A DNA stretch of 64,000 nt from Auanema rhodensis (taxonomy: Eukaryota > Animalia > Nematoda): NCBI GenBank assembly GCA_964057225.1, contig OZ059900.1, positions 21,824,001 through 21,888,000 of the forward strand, read 5' to 3'. The translations under genes and the position numbers were made by a program. How positions within the stretch are numbered: position 1 is the first letter of the stretch; each line of letters begins with the position of its first letter. The notes below the pieces were generated by a model, which was not told the origin of the DNA, ran no database searches, and saw only the letters and a list, made by a program, of their open reading frames with translations. Below, in pieces: positions 25,801 through 39,900 of this stretch.

Positions 25801-28800
25801 TTTGAACACATGAAATCGTAAGTCAAAACCTTGTTTACAGCGAAATTTCCAAAAACTGGTTTTCCAGCATAATAAAATATTTCTCATGGGAAATACTGTG
25901 TTTTTGTTTTTTTCTAGTGTTCAGCATGTAAAATGCTTCATTTTAGTATGTAACACGCTGAAATTCGTTGCATTTGACGACTCATATGAACAAAAATCGA
26001 TTTAATCAATATTAGCCATAAGGGGTGTGCCCTCAGAATATGCTAATTTCCTCAATTTTCTAACCCCTGTTTTTTTGTCGTGAAAGTGGAACTAGACGTT
26101 GTACGAACAATTTTGAGCTAGGTTTCATTGACATTGCATGAGTTTGAACACATGAAATCGTAAGTCAAAACCTTGTTTACAGCGAAATTTCCAAAAACTG
26201 GTTTTCCAGCATAATAAAATATTTCTCATGGGAAATACTGTGTTTTTGTATTTTTCTAGTGTTCAGCATGTAAAATGCTTCATTTCAGTATGTAACACGC
26301 TGAAATTCGTTGCATTTGACGACTCATATGAACAAAAATCGATTTAATCAATATTAGCCATAAGGGGCGTGCCCTCAGAATATGCTAATTTCCTTAATTT
26401 TCTAACCCTTGTTTTTTTGTCGTGAAAGTGGAACTAGACGTTGTACGAACAATTTTGAGCTAAGTTTCATTGACATTGCATGAGTTTGAACACATGAAAT
26501 CGTAAGTCAAAACCTTGTTTACAGCGAAATTTCCAAAAACTGGTTTTCCAGCATAATAAAATATTTCTCATGGGAAATACTGTGTTTTTGTTTTTTTCTA
26601 GTGTTCAGCATGTAAAATGCTTCATTTTGGTATGTAACACGCTGAAATTCGTTGCATTTGACGACTCATATGAACAAAAATCGATTTAATCAATATTAGC
26701 CATAAGGGGCGTGCCCTCAGAATATGCTAATTTCCTTAATTTTCTAACCCCTGTTTTTTTGTCGTGAAAGTGGAACTAGGCGTTGTACGAACAATTTTGA
26801 GCTAGGTTTCATTGACATTGCATGAGTTTGAACACATGAAATCGTAAGTGAAAACCTTGTTTACAGCGAAATTTCCAAAAACTGGTTTTCCAGCATAATA
26901 AAATATTTCTCATGGGAAATACTGTGTTTTTGTATTTTTCTAGTGTTCAGCATGTAAAATGCTTCATTTTAGTATGTAACACGCTGAAATTCGTTGCATT
27001 TGACGACTCATATGAACAAAAATCGATTTAATCAATATTAGCCATAAGGGGCGTGCCCTCAGAATATGCTAATTTCCTTAATTTTCTAACCCTTGTTTTT
27101 TTGTCGTGAAAGTGGAACTAGACGTTGTACGAACAATTTTGAGCTAGGTTTCATTGACATTGCATGAGTTTGAACACATGAAATCGTAAGTCAAAACCTT
27201 GTTTACAGCGAAATTTCCAAAAACTGGTTTTCCAGCATAATAAAATATTTCTCATGGGAAATACTGTGTTTTTGTTTTTTTCTAGTGTTCAGCATGTAAA
27301 ATGCTTCATTTTAGTATGTAACACGCTGAAATTCGTTGCATTTGACGACTCATATGAACAAAAATCGATTTAATCAATATTAGCCATAAGGGGTGTGCCC
27401 TCAGAATATGCTAATTTCCTTAATTTTCTAACCCTTGTTTTTTTGTCGTGAAAGTGGAACTAGACGTTGTACGAACAATTTTGAGCTAAGTTTCATTGAC
27501 ATTGCATGAGTTTGAACACATGAAATCGTAAGTCAAAACCTTGTTTACAGCGAAATTTCCAAAAACTGGTTTTCCAGCATAATAAAATATTTCTCATGGG
27601 AAATACTGTGTTTTTGTTTTTTTCTAGTGTTCAGCATGTAAAATGCTTAATTTTAGTATGTAACACGCTGAAATTCGTTGCATTTGACGACTCATATGAA
27701 CAAAAATCGATTTAATCAATATTAGCCATAAGGGGCGTGCCCTCAGAATATGCTAATTTCCTTAATTTTCTAACCCCTGTTTTTTTGTCGTTAAAGTGGA
27801 ACTAGACGTTGTACGAACAATTTTGAGCTAGGTTTCATTGACATTGCATGAGTTTGAACACATGAAATCGTAAGTCAAAACCTTGTTTACAGCGAAATTT
27901 CCAAAAACTGGTTTTCCAGCATAATAAAATATTTTTCATGAGAAATACTGTGTTTTTGTATTTTTCTAGTGTTCAGCATGTAAAATGCTTCATTTTAGTA
28001 TGTAACACGCTGAAATTCGTTGCATTTGACGACTCATATGAACAAAAATCGATTTAATCAATATTAGCCATAAGGGGCGTGCCCTCAGAATATGCTAATT
28101 TCCTTAATTTTCTAACCCCTGTTTTTTTGTCGTGAAAGTGGAACTAGACGTTGTACAAACAATTTTGAGCTAGGTTTCATTGACATTGCATGAGTTTGAA
28201 CACATGAAATCGTAAGTCAAAACCTTGTTTACAGCGAAATTTCCAAAAACTGGTTTTCCAGCATAATAAAATATTTCTCATGGGAAATACTGTGTTTTTG
28301 TTTTTTTCTAGTGTTCAGCATGTAAAATGCTTCATTTTAGTATGTAACACGCTGAAATTCGTTGCATTTGACGACTCATATGAACAAAAATCGATTTAAT
28401 CAATATTAGCCATAAGGGGTGTGCCCTCAGAATATGCTAATTTCCTTAATTTTCTAACCCCTGTTTTTTTGTCGTGAAAGTGGAACTAGGCGTTGTACGA
28501 ACAATTTTGAGCTAGGTTTCATTGACATTGCATGAGTTTGAACACATGAAATCGTAAGTGAAAACCTTGTTTACAGCGAAATTTCCAAAAACTGGTTTTC
28601 CAGCATAATAAAATATTTCTCATGGGAAATACTGTGTTTTTGTATTTTTCTAGTGTTCAGCATGTAAAATGCTTCATTTTAGTATGTAACACGCTGAAAT
28701 TCGTTGCATTTGACGACTCATATGAACAAAAATCGATTTAATCAATATTAGCCATAAGGGGCGTGCCCTCAGAATATGCTAATTTCCTTAATTTTCTAAC

Positions 28801-31800
28801 CCTTGTTTTTTTGTCGTGAAAGTGGAACTAGACGTTGTACGAACAATTTTGAGCTAGGTTTCATTGACATTGCATGAGTTTGAACACATGAAATCGTAAG
28901 TCAAAACCTTGTTTACAGCGAAATTTCCAAAAACTGGTTTTCCAGCATAATAAAATATTTCTCATGGGAAATACTGTGTTTTTGTTTTTTTCTAGTGTTC
29001 AGCATGTAAAATGCTTCATTTTAGTATGTAACACGCTGAAATTCGTTGCATTTGACGACTCATATGAACAAAAATCGATTTAATCAATATTAGCCATAAG
29101 GGGTGTGCCCTCAGAATATGCTAATTTCCTTAATTTTCTAACCCCTGTTTTTTTGTCGTGAAAGTGGAACTAGACGTTGTACGAACAATTTTGAGCTAGG
29201 TTTCATTGACATTGCATGAGTTTGAACACATGAAATCGTAAGTCAAAACCTTGTTTACAGCGAAATTTCCAAAAACTGGTTTTCCAGCATAATAAAATAT
29301 TTCTCATGGGAAATACTGTGTTTTTGTATTTTTCTAGTGTTCAGCATGTAAAATGCTTCATTTCAGTATGTAACACGCTGAAATTCGTTGCATTTGACGA
29401 CTCATATGAACAAAAATCGATTTAATCAATATTAGCCATAAGGGGCGTGCCCTCAGAATATGCTAATTTCCTTAATTTTCTAACCCTTGTTTTTTTGTCG
29501 TGAAAGTGGAACTAGACGTTGTACGAACAATTTTGAGCTAAGTTTCATTGACATTGCATGAGTTTGAACACATGAAATCGTAAGTCAAAACCTTGTTTAC
29601 AGCGAAATTTCCAAAAACTGGTTTTCCAGCATAATAAAATATTTCTCATGGGAAATACTGTGTTTTTGTTTTTTTCTAGTGTTCAGCATGTAAAATGCTT
29701 CATTTTGGTATGTAACACGCTGAAATTCGTTGCATTTGACGACTCATATGAACAAAAATCGATTTAATCAATATTAGCCATAAGGGGCGTGCCCTCAGAA
29801 TATGCTAATTTCCTTAATTTTCTAACCCCTGTTTTTTTTGTCGTGAAAGTGGAACTAGGCGTTGTACGAACAATTTTGAGCTAGGTTTCATTGACATTGC
29901 ATGAGTTTGAACACATGAAATCGTAAGTGAAAACCTTGTTTACAGCGAAATTTCCAAAAACTGGTTTTCCAGCATAATAAAATATTTCTCATGGGAAATA
30001 CTGTGTTTTTGTATTTTTCTAGTGTTCAGCATGTAATATGCTTCATTTTAGTATGTAACACGCTGAAATTCGTTGCATTTGACGACTCATATGAACAAAA
30101 ATCGATTTAATCAATATTAGCCATAAGGGGCGTGCCCTCAGAATATGCTAATTTCCTTAATTTTCTAACCCTTGTTTTTTTGTCGTGAAAGTGGAACTAG
30201 ACGTTGTACGAACAATTTTGAGCTAGGTTTCATTGACATTGCATGAGTTTGAACACATGAAATCGTAAGTGAAAACCTTGTTTACAGCGAAATTTCCAAA
30301 AACTGGTTTTCCAGCATAATAAAATATTTCTCATGGGAAATACTGTGTTTTTGTATTTTTCTAGTGTTCAGCATGTAAAATGCTTCATATTAGTATGTAA
30401 CACGCTGAAATTCGTTGCATTTGACGACTCATATGAACAAAAATCGATTTAATCAATATTAGCCATAAGGGGCGTGCCCTCAGAATATGCTAATTTCCTT
30501 AATTTTCTAACCCCTGTTTTTTTGTCGTGAAAGTGGAACTAGACGTTGTACGAACAATTTTGAGCTAAGTTTCATTGACATTGCATGAGTTTGAACACAT
30601 GAAATCGTAAGTCAAAACCTTGTTTACAGCGAAATTTCCAAAAACTGGTTTTCCAGCATAATAAAATATTTCTCATGGGAAATACTGTGTTTTTGTTTTT
30701 TTCTAGTGTTCAGCATGTAAAATGCTTCATTTTAGTATGTAACACGCTGAAATTCGTTGCATTTGACGACTCATATGAACAAAAATCGATTTAATCAATA
30801 TTAGCCATAAGGGGTGTGCCCTCAGAATATGCTAATTTCCTTAATTTTCTAACCCCTGTTTTTTTGTCGTGAAAGTGGAACTAGACGTTGTACGAACAAT
30901 TTTGAGCTAGGTTTCATTGACATTGCATGAGTTTGAACACATGAAATCGTAAGTCAAAACCTTGTTTACAGCGAAATTTCCAAAAACTGGTTTTCCAGCA
31001 TAATAAAATATTTCTCATGGGAAATACTGTGTTTTTGTATTTTTCTAGTGTTCAGCATGTAAAATGCTTCATTTCAGTATGTAACACGCTGAAATTCGTT
31101 GCATTTGACGACTCATATGAACAAAAATCGATTTAATCAATATTAGCCATAAGGGGCGTGCCCTCAGAATATGCTAATTTCCTTAATTTTCTAACCCTTG
31201 TTTTTTTGTCGTGAAAGTGGAACTAGACGTTGTACGAACAATTTTGAGCTAAGTTTCATTGACATTGCATGAGTTTGAACACATGAAATCGTAAGTCAAA
31301 ACCTTGTTTACAGCGAAATTTCCAAAAACTGGTTTTCCAGCATAATAAAATATTTCTCATGGGAAATACTGTGTTTTTGTTTTTTTCTAGTGTTCAGCAT
31401 GTAAAATGCTTCATTTTAGTATGTAACACGCTGAAATTCGTTGCATTTGACGACTCATATGAACAAAAATCGATTTAATCAATATTAGCCATAAGGGGTG
31501 TGCCCTCAGAATATGCTAATTTCCTTAATTTTCTAACCCCTGTTTTTTTGTCGTGAAAGTGGAACTAGGCGTTGTACGAACAATTTTGAGCTAGGTTTCA
31601 TTGACATTGCATGAGTTTGAACACATGAAATCGTAAGTGAAAACCTTGTTTACAGCGAAATTTCCAAAAACTGGTTTTCCAGCATAATAAAATATTTCTC
31701 ATGGGAAATACTGTGTTTTTGTATTTTTCTAGTGTTCAGCATGTAAAATGCTTCATTTTAGTATGTAACACGCTGAAATTCGTTGCATTTGACGACTCAT

Positions 31801-34800
31801 ATGAACAAAAATCGATTTAATCAATATTAGCCATAAGGGGCGTGCCCTCAGAATATGCTAATTTCCTTAATTTTCTAACCCTTGTTTTTTTGTCGTGAAA
31901 GTGGAACTAGACGTTGTACGAACAATTTTGAGCTAGGTTTCATTGACATTGCATGAGTTTGAACACATGAAATCGTAAGTGAAAACCTTGTTTACAGCGA
32001 AATTTCCAAAAACTGGTTTTCCAGCATAATAAAATATTTCTCATGGGAAATACTGTGTTTTTGTATTTTTCTAGTGTTCAGCATGTAAAATGCTTCATAT
32101 TAGTATGTAACACGCTGAAATTCGTTGCATTTGACGACTCATATGAACAAAAATCGATTTAATCAATATTAGCCATAAGGGGCGTGCCCTCAGAATATGC
32201 TAATTTCCTTAATTTTCTAACCCCTGTTTTTTTGTCGTGAAAGTGGAACTAGACGTTGTACGAACAATTTTGAGCTAAGTTTCATTGACATTGCATGAGT
32301 TTGAACACATGAAATCGTAAGTCAAAACCTTGTTTACAGCGAAATTTCCAAAAACTGGTTTTCCAGCATAATAAAATATTTCTCATGGGAAATACTGTGT
32401 TTTTGTTTTTTTCTAGTGTTCAGCATGTAAAATGCTTCATTTTAGTATGTAACACGCTGAAATTCGTTGCATTTGACGACTCATATGAACAAAAATCGAT
32501 TTAATCAATATTAGCCATAAGGGGTGTGCCCTCAGAATATGCTAATTTCCTTAATTTTCTAACCCCTGTTTTTTTGTCGTGAAAGTGGAACTAGACGTTG
32601 TACGAACAATTTTGAGCTAGGTTTCATTGACATTGCATGAGTTTGAACACATGAAATCGTAAGTCAAAACCTTGTTTACAGCGAAATTTCCAAAAACTGG
32701 TTTTCCAGCATAATAAAATATTTCTCATGGGAAATACTGTGTTTTTGTTTTTTTCTAGTGTTCAGCATGTAAAATGCTTCATTTTAGTATGTAACACGCT
32801 GAAATTCGTTGCATTTGACGACTCATATGAACAAAAATCGATTTAATCAATATTAGCCATAAGGGGCGTGCCCTCAGAATATGCTAATTTCCTTAATTTT
32901 CTAACCCCTGTTTTTTTGTCGTGAAAGTGGAACTAGACGTTGTACGAACAATTTTGAGCTAAGTTTCATTGACATTGCATGAGTTTGAACACATGAAATC
33001 GTAAGTCAAAACCTTGTTTACAGCGAAATTTCCAAAAACTGGTTTTCCAGCATAATAAAATATTTCTCATGGGAAATACTGTGTTTTTGTTTTTTTCTAG
33101 TGTTCAGCATGTAAAATGCTTCATTTTAGTATGTAACACGCTGAAATTCGTTGCATTTGACGACTCATATGAACAAAAATCGATTTAATCAATATTAGCC
33201 ATAAGGGGTGTGCCCTCAGAATATGCTAATTTCCTTAATTTTCTAACCCCTGTTTTTTTGTCGTGAAAGTGGAACTAGACGTTGTACGAACAATTTTGAG
33301 CTAGGTTTCATTGACATTGCATGAGTTTGAACACATGAAATCGTAAGTCAAAACCTTGTTTACAGCGAAATTTCCAAAAACTGGTTTTCCAGCATAATAA
33401 AATATTTCTCATGGGAAATACTGTGTTTTTGTATTTTTCTAGTGTTCAGCATGTAAAATGCTTCATTTCAGTATGTAACACGCTGAAATTCGTTGCATTT
33501 GACGACTCATATGAACAAAAATCGATTTAATCAATATTAGCCATAAGGGGCGTGCCCTCAGAATATGCTAATTTCCTTAATTTTCTAACCCTTGTTTTTT
33601 TGTCGTGAAAGTGGAACTAGACGTTGTACGAACAATTTTGAGCTAAGTTTCATTGACATTGCATGAGTTTGAACACATGAAATCGTAAGTCAAAACCTTG
33701 TTTACAGCGAAATTTCCAAAAACTGGTTTTCCAGCATAATAAAATATTTCTCATGGGAAATACTGTGTTTTTGTTTTTTTCTAGTGTTCAGCATGTAAAA
33801 TGCTTCATTTTAGTATGTAACACGCTGAAATTCGTTGCATTTGACGACTCATATGAACAAAAATCGATTTAATCAATATTAGCCATAAGGGGTGTGCCCT
33901 CAGAATATGCTAATTTCCTTAATTTTCTAACCCCTGTTTTTTTGTCGTGAAAGTGGAACTAGACGTTGTACGAACAATTTTGAGCTAGGTTTCATTGACA
34001 TTGCATGAGTTTGAACACATGAAATCGTAAGTCAAAACCTTGTTTACAGCGAAATTTCCAAAAACTGGTTTTCCAGCATAATAAAATATTTCTCATGGGA
34101 AATACTGTGTTTTTGTATTTTTCTAGTGTTCAGCATGTAAAATGCTTCATTTCAGTATGTAACACGCTGAAATTCGTTGCATTTGACGACTCATATGAAC
34201 AAAAATCGATTTAATCAATATTAGCCATAAGGGGCGTGCCCTCAGAATATGCTAATTTCCTTAATTTTCTAACCCTTGTTTTTTTGTCGTGAAAGTGGAA
34301 CTAGACGTTGTACGAACAATTTTGAGCTAAGTTTCATTGACATTGCATGAGTTTGAACACATGAAATCGTAAGTCAAAACCTTGTTTACAGCGAAATTTC
34401 CAAAAACTGGTTTTCCAGCATAATAAAATATTTCTCATGGGAAATACTGTGTTTTTGTTTTTTTTTAGTGTTCAGCATGTAAAATGCTTCATTTTAGTAT
34501 GTAACACGCTGAAATTCGTTGCATTTGACGACTCATATGAACAAAAATCGATTTAATCAATATTAGCCATAAGGGGCGTGCCCTCAGAATATGCTAATTT
34601 CCTTAATTTTCTAACCCCTGTTTTTTTGTCGTGAAAGTGGAACTAGACGTTGTACGAACAATTTTGAGCTACGTTTCATTGACATTGCATGAGTTTGAAC
34701 ACATGAAATCGTAAGTCAAAACCTTGTTTACAGCGAAATTTCCAAAAACTGGTTTTCCAGCATAATAAAATATTTCTCATGGGAAATACTGTGTTTTTGT

Positions 34801-36937
34801 TTTTTTCTAGTGTTCAGCATGTAAAATGCTTCATTTTAGTATGTAACACGCTGAAATTCGTTGCATTTGACGACTCATATGAACAAAAATCGATTTAATC
34901 AATATTAGCCATAAGGGGTGTGCCCTCAGAATATGCTAATTTCCTTAATTTTCTAACCCCTGTTTTTTTGTCGTGAAAGTGGAACTAGACGTTGTACGAA
35001 CAATTTTGAGCTAGGTTTCATTGACATTGCATGAGTTTGAACACATGAAATCGTAAGTCAAAACCTTGTTTACAGCGAAATTTCCAAAAACTGGTTTTCC
35101 AGCATAATAAAATATTTCTCATGGGAAATACTGTGTTTTTGTATTTTTCTAGTGTTCAGCATGTAAAATGCTTCATTTCAGTATGTAACACGCTGAAATT
35201 CGTTGCATTTGACGACTCATATGAACAAAAATCGATTTAATCAATATTAGCCATAAGGGGCGTGCCCTCAGAATATGCTAATTTCCTTAATTTTCTAACC
35301 CTTGTTTTTTTGTCGTGAAAGTGGAACTAGACGTTGTACGAACAATTTTGAGCTAAGTTTCATTGACATTGCATGAGTTTGAACACATGAAATCGTAAGT
35401 CAAAACCTTGTTTACAGCGAAATTTCCAAAAACTGGTTTTCCAGCATAATAAAATATTTCTCATGGGAAATACTGTGTTTTTGTTTTTTTTTAGTGTTCA
35501 GCATGTAAAATGCTTCATTTTAGTATGTAACACGCTGAAATTCGTTGCATTTGACGACTCATATGAACAAAAATCGATTTAATCAATATTAGCCATAAAG
35601 GGTGTGCCCTCAGAATATGCTATTTTCCTTAATTTTCTAACCCCTGTTTTTTTGTCGTGAAAGTGGAACTAGACGTTGTACGAACAATTTTGAGCTAGGT
35701 TTCATTGACATTGCATGAGTTTGAACACATGAAATCGTAAGTCAAAACCTTGTTTACAGCGAAATTTCCAAAAACTGGTTTTCCAGCATAATAAAATATT
35801 TCTCATGGGAAATACTGTGTTTTTGTATTTTTCTAGTGTTCAGCATGTAAAATGCTTCATTTTAGTATGTAACACGCTGAAATTCGTTGCATTTGACGAC
35901 TCATATGAACAAAAATCGATTTAATCAATATTAGCCATAAGGGGCGTGCCCTCAGAATATGCTAATTTCCTTAATTTTCTAACCCCTGTTTTCTTGTCGT
36001 GAAAGTGGAACTAGACGTTGTACGAACAATTTTGAGCTAGGTTTCATTGACATTGCATGAGTTTGAACACATGAAATCGTAAGTCAAAACCTTGTTTACA
36101 GCGAAATTTCCAAAAACTGGTTTTCCAGCATAATAAAATATTTTTCATGAGAAATACTGTGTTTTTGTATTTTTCTAGTGTTCAGCATGTAAAATGCTTC
36201 ATTTTAGTATGTAACACGCTGAAATTCGTTGCATTTGACGACTCATATGAACAAAAATCGATTTAATCAATATTAGCCATAAGGGGCGTGCCCTCAGAAT
36301 ATGCTAATTTCCTTAATTTTCTAACCCCTGTTTTTTTGTCGTGAAAGTGGAACTAGACGTTGTACAAACAATTTTGAGCTAGGTTTCATTGACATTGCAT
36401 GAATTTGAACACATGAAATCGTAAGTCAAAACCTTGTTTACAGCGAAATTTCCAAAAACTGGTTTTCCAGCATAATAAAATATTTCTCATGGGAAATACT
36501 GTGTTTTTGTATTTTTCTAGTGTTCAGCATGTAAAATGCTTCATTTTGGTATGTAACACGCTGAAATTCGTTGCATTTGACGACTCATATGAACAAAAAT
36601 CGATTTAATCAATATTAGCCATAAGGGGCGTGCCCTCAGAATATGCTAATTTCCTTAATTTTCTAACCCCTGTTTTTTTGTCGTGAAAGTGGAACTAGAC
36701 GTTGTACGAACAATTTTGAGCTAGGTTTCATTGACATTGCATGAGTTTGAACACATGAAATCGTAAGTCAAAACCTTGTTTACAGCGAAATTTCCAAAAA
36801 CTGGTTTTCCAGCATAATAAAATATTTCTCATGGGAAAAACTGTGTTTTTGTATTTTTCTAGTGTTCAGCATGTAAAATGCTTCATTTTAGTATGTAACA
36901 CGCTGAAATTCGTTGCATTTGACGACTCATATGAACA

Positions 36938-39900
36938 AAAATCGATTTAATCAATATTAGCCATAAGGGGCGTGCCCTCAGAATATGCTAATTTCCTTAA
37001 TTTTCTAACCCCTGTTTTTTTGTCGTGAAAGTGGAACTAGGCGTTGTACGAACAATTTTGAGCTAGGTTTCATTGACATTGCATGAGTTTGAACACATGA
37101 AATCGTAAGTGAAAACCTTGTTTACAGCGAAATTTCCAAAAACTGGTTTTCCAGCATAATAAAATATTTCTCATGGGAAATACTGTGTTTTTGTATTTTT
37201 CTAGTGTTCAGCATGTAAAATGCTTCATTTTAGTATGTAACACGCTGAAATTCGTTGCATTTGACGACTCATATGAACAAAAATCGATTTAATCAATATT
37301 AGCCATAAGGGGCGTGCCCTCAGAATATGCTAACTTCCTTAATTTTCTAACCCCTGTTTTTTTGTCGTGAAAGTGGAACTAGACGTTGTACGAACAATTT
37401 TGAGCTAGGTTTCATTGACATTGCATGAGTTTGAACACATGAAATCGTAAGTCAAAACCTTGTTTACAGCGAAATTTCCAAAAACTGGTTTTCCAGCATA
37501 ATAAAATATTTCTCATGGGAAATACTGTGTTTTTGTTTTTTTCTAGTGTTCAGCATGTAAAATGCTTAATTTTAGTATGTAACACGCTGAAATTCGTTGC
37601 ATTTGACGACTCATATGAACAAAAATCGATTTAATCAATATTAGCCATAAGGGGCGTGCCCTCAGAATATGCTAATTTCCTTAATTTTCTAACCCCTGTT
37701 TTTTTGTCGTGAAAGTGGAACTAGACGTTGTACGAACAATTTTGAGCTAGGTTTCATTGACATTGCATGAGTTTGAACACATGAAATCGTAAGTCAAAAC
37801 CTTGTTTACAGCGAAATTTCCAAAAACTGGTTTTCCAGCATAATAAAATATTTCTCATGGGAAATACTGTGTTTTTGTATTTTTCTAGTGTTCAGCATGT
37901 AAAATGCTTCATTTTAGTATGTAACACGCTGAAATTCGTTGCATTTGACGACTCATATGAACAAAAATCGATTTAATCAATATTAGCCATAAGGGGCGTG
38001 CCCTCAGAATATGCTAATTTCCTTAATTTTCTAACCCCTGTTTTTTTTGTCGTGAAAGTGGAACTAGACGTTGTACAAACAATTTTGAGCTAGGTTTCAT
38101 TGACATTGCATGAATTTGAACACATGAAATCGTAAGTCAAAACCTTGTTTACAGCGAAATTTCCAAAAACTGGTTTTCCAGCATAATAAAATATTTCTCA
38201 TGGGAAATACTGTGTTTTTGTATTTTTCTAGTGTTCAGCATGTAAAATGCTTCATTTTAGTATGTAACACGCTGAAATTCGTTGCATTTGACGACTCATA
38301 TGAACAAAAATCGATTTAATCAATATTAGCCATAAGGGGCGTGCCCTCAGAATATGCTAATTTCCTTAATTTTCTAACCCCTGTTTTTTTGTCGTGAAAG
38401 TGGAACTAGGCGTTGTACGAACAATTTTGAGCTAGGTTTCATTGACATTGCATGAGTTTGAACACATGAAATCGTAAGTGAAAACCTTGTTTACAGCGAA
38501 ATTTCCAAAAACTGGTTTTCCAGCATAATAAAATATTTCTCATGGGAAATACTGTGTTTTTGTATTTTTCTAGTGTTCAGCATGTAAAATGCTTCATTTT
38601 AGTATGTAACACGCTGAAATTCGTTGCATTTGACGACTCATATGAACAAAAATCGATTTAATCAATATTAGCCATAAGGGGCGTGCCCTCAGAATATGCT
38701 AACTTCCTTAATTTTCTAACCCCTGTTTTTTTGTCGTGAAAGTGGAACTAGACGTTGTACGAACAATTTTGAGCTAGGTTTCATTGACATTGCATGAGTT
38801 TGAACACATGAAATCGTAAGTCAAAACCTTGTTTACAGCGAAATTTCCAAAAACTGGTTTTCCAGCATAATAAAATATTTCTCATGGGAAATACTGTGTT
38901 TTTGTATTTTTCTAGTGTTCAGCATGTAAAATGCTTCATTTTAGTATGTAACACGCTGAAATTCGTTACATTTGACGACTCATATGAACAAAAATCGATT
39001 TAATCAATATTAGCCATAAGGGGCGTGCCCTCAGAATATGCTAATTTCCTTAATTTTCTAACCCCTGTTTTTTTGTCGTGAAAGTGGAACTAGACGTTGT
39101 ACGAACAATTTTGAGCTAGGTTTCATTGACATTGCATGAGTTTGAACACATGAAATCGTAAGTCAAAACCTTGTTTACAGCGAAATTTCCAAAAACTGGT
39201 TTTCCAGCATAATAAAATATTTCTCATGGGAAATACTGTGTTTTTGTATTTTTCTAGTGTTCAGCATGTAAAATGCTTCATTTTAGTATGTAACACGCTG
39301 TAATTCGTTGCATTTGACGACTCATATGAACAAAAATCGATTTAATCAATATTAGCCATAAGGGGCGTGCCCTCAGAATATGCTAATTTCCTTAATTTTC
39401 TAACCCCTGTTTTTTTGTCGTGAAAGTGGAACTAGACGTTGTACGAACAATTTTGAGCTAAGTTTCATTGACATTGCATGAGTTTGAACACATGAAATCG
39501 TAAGTCAAAACCTTGTTTACAGCGAAATTTCCAAAAACTGGTTTTCCAGCATAATAAAATATTTCTCATGGGAAATACTGTGTTTTTGTATTTTTCTAGT
39601 GTTCAGCATGTAAAATGCTTCATTTTAGTATGTAACACGCTGAAATTCGTTACATTTGACGACTCATATGAACAAAAATCGATTTAATCAATATTAGCCA
39701 TAAGGGGCGTGCCCTCAGAATATGCTAATTTCCTTAATTTTCTAACCCCTGTTTTTTTGTCGTGAAAGTGGAACTAGACGTTGTACGAACAATTTTGAGC
39801 TAGGTTTCATTGACATTGCATGAGTTTGAACACATGAAATCGTAAGTCAAAACCTTGTTTACAGCGAAATTTCCAAAAACTGGTTTTCCAGCATAATAAA

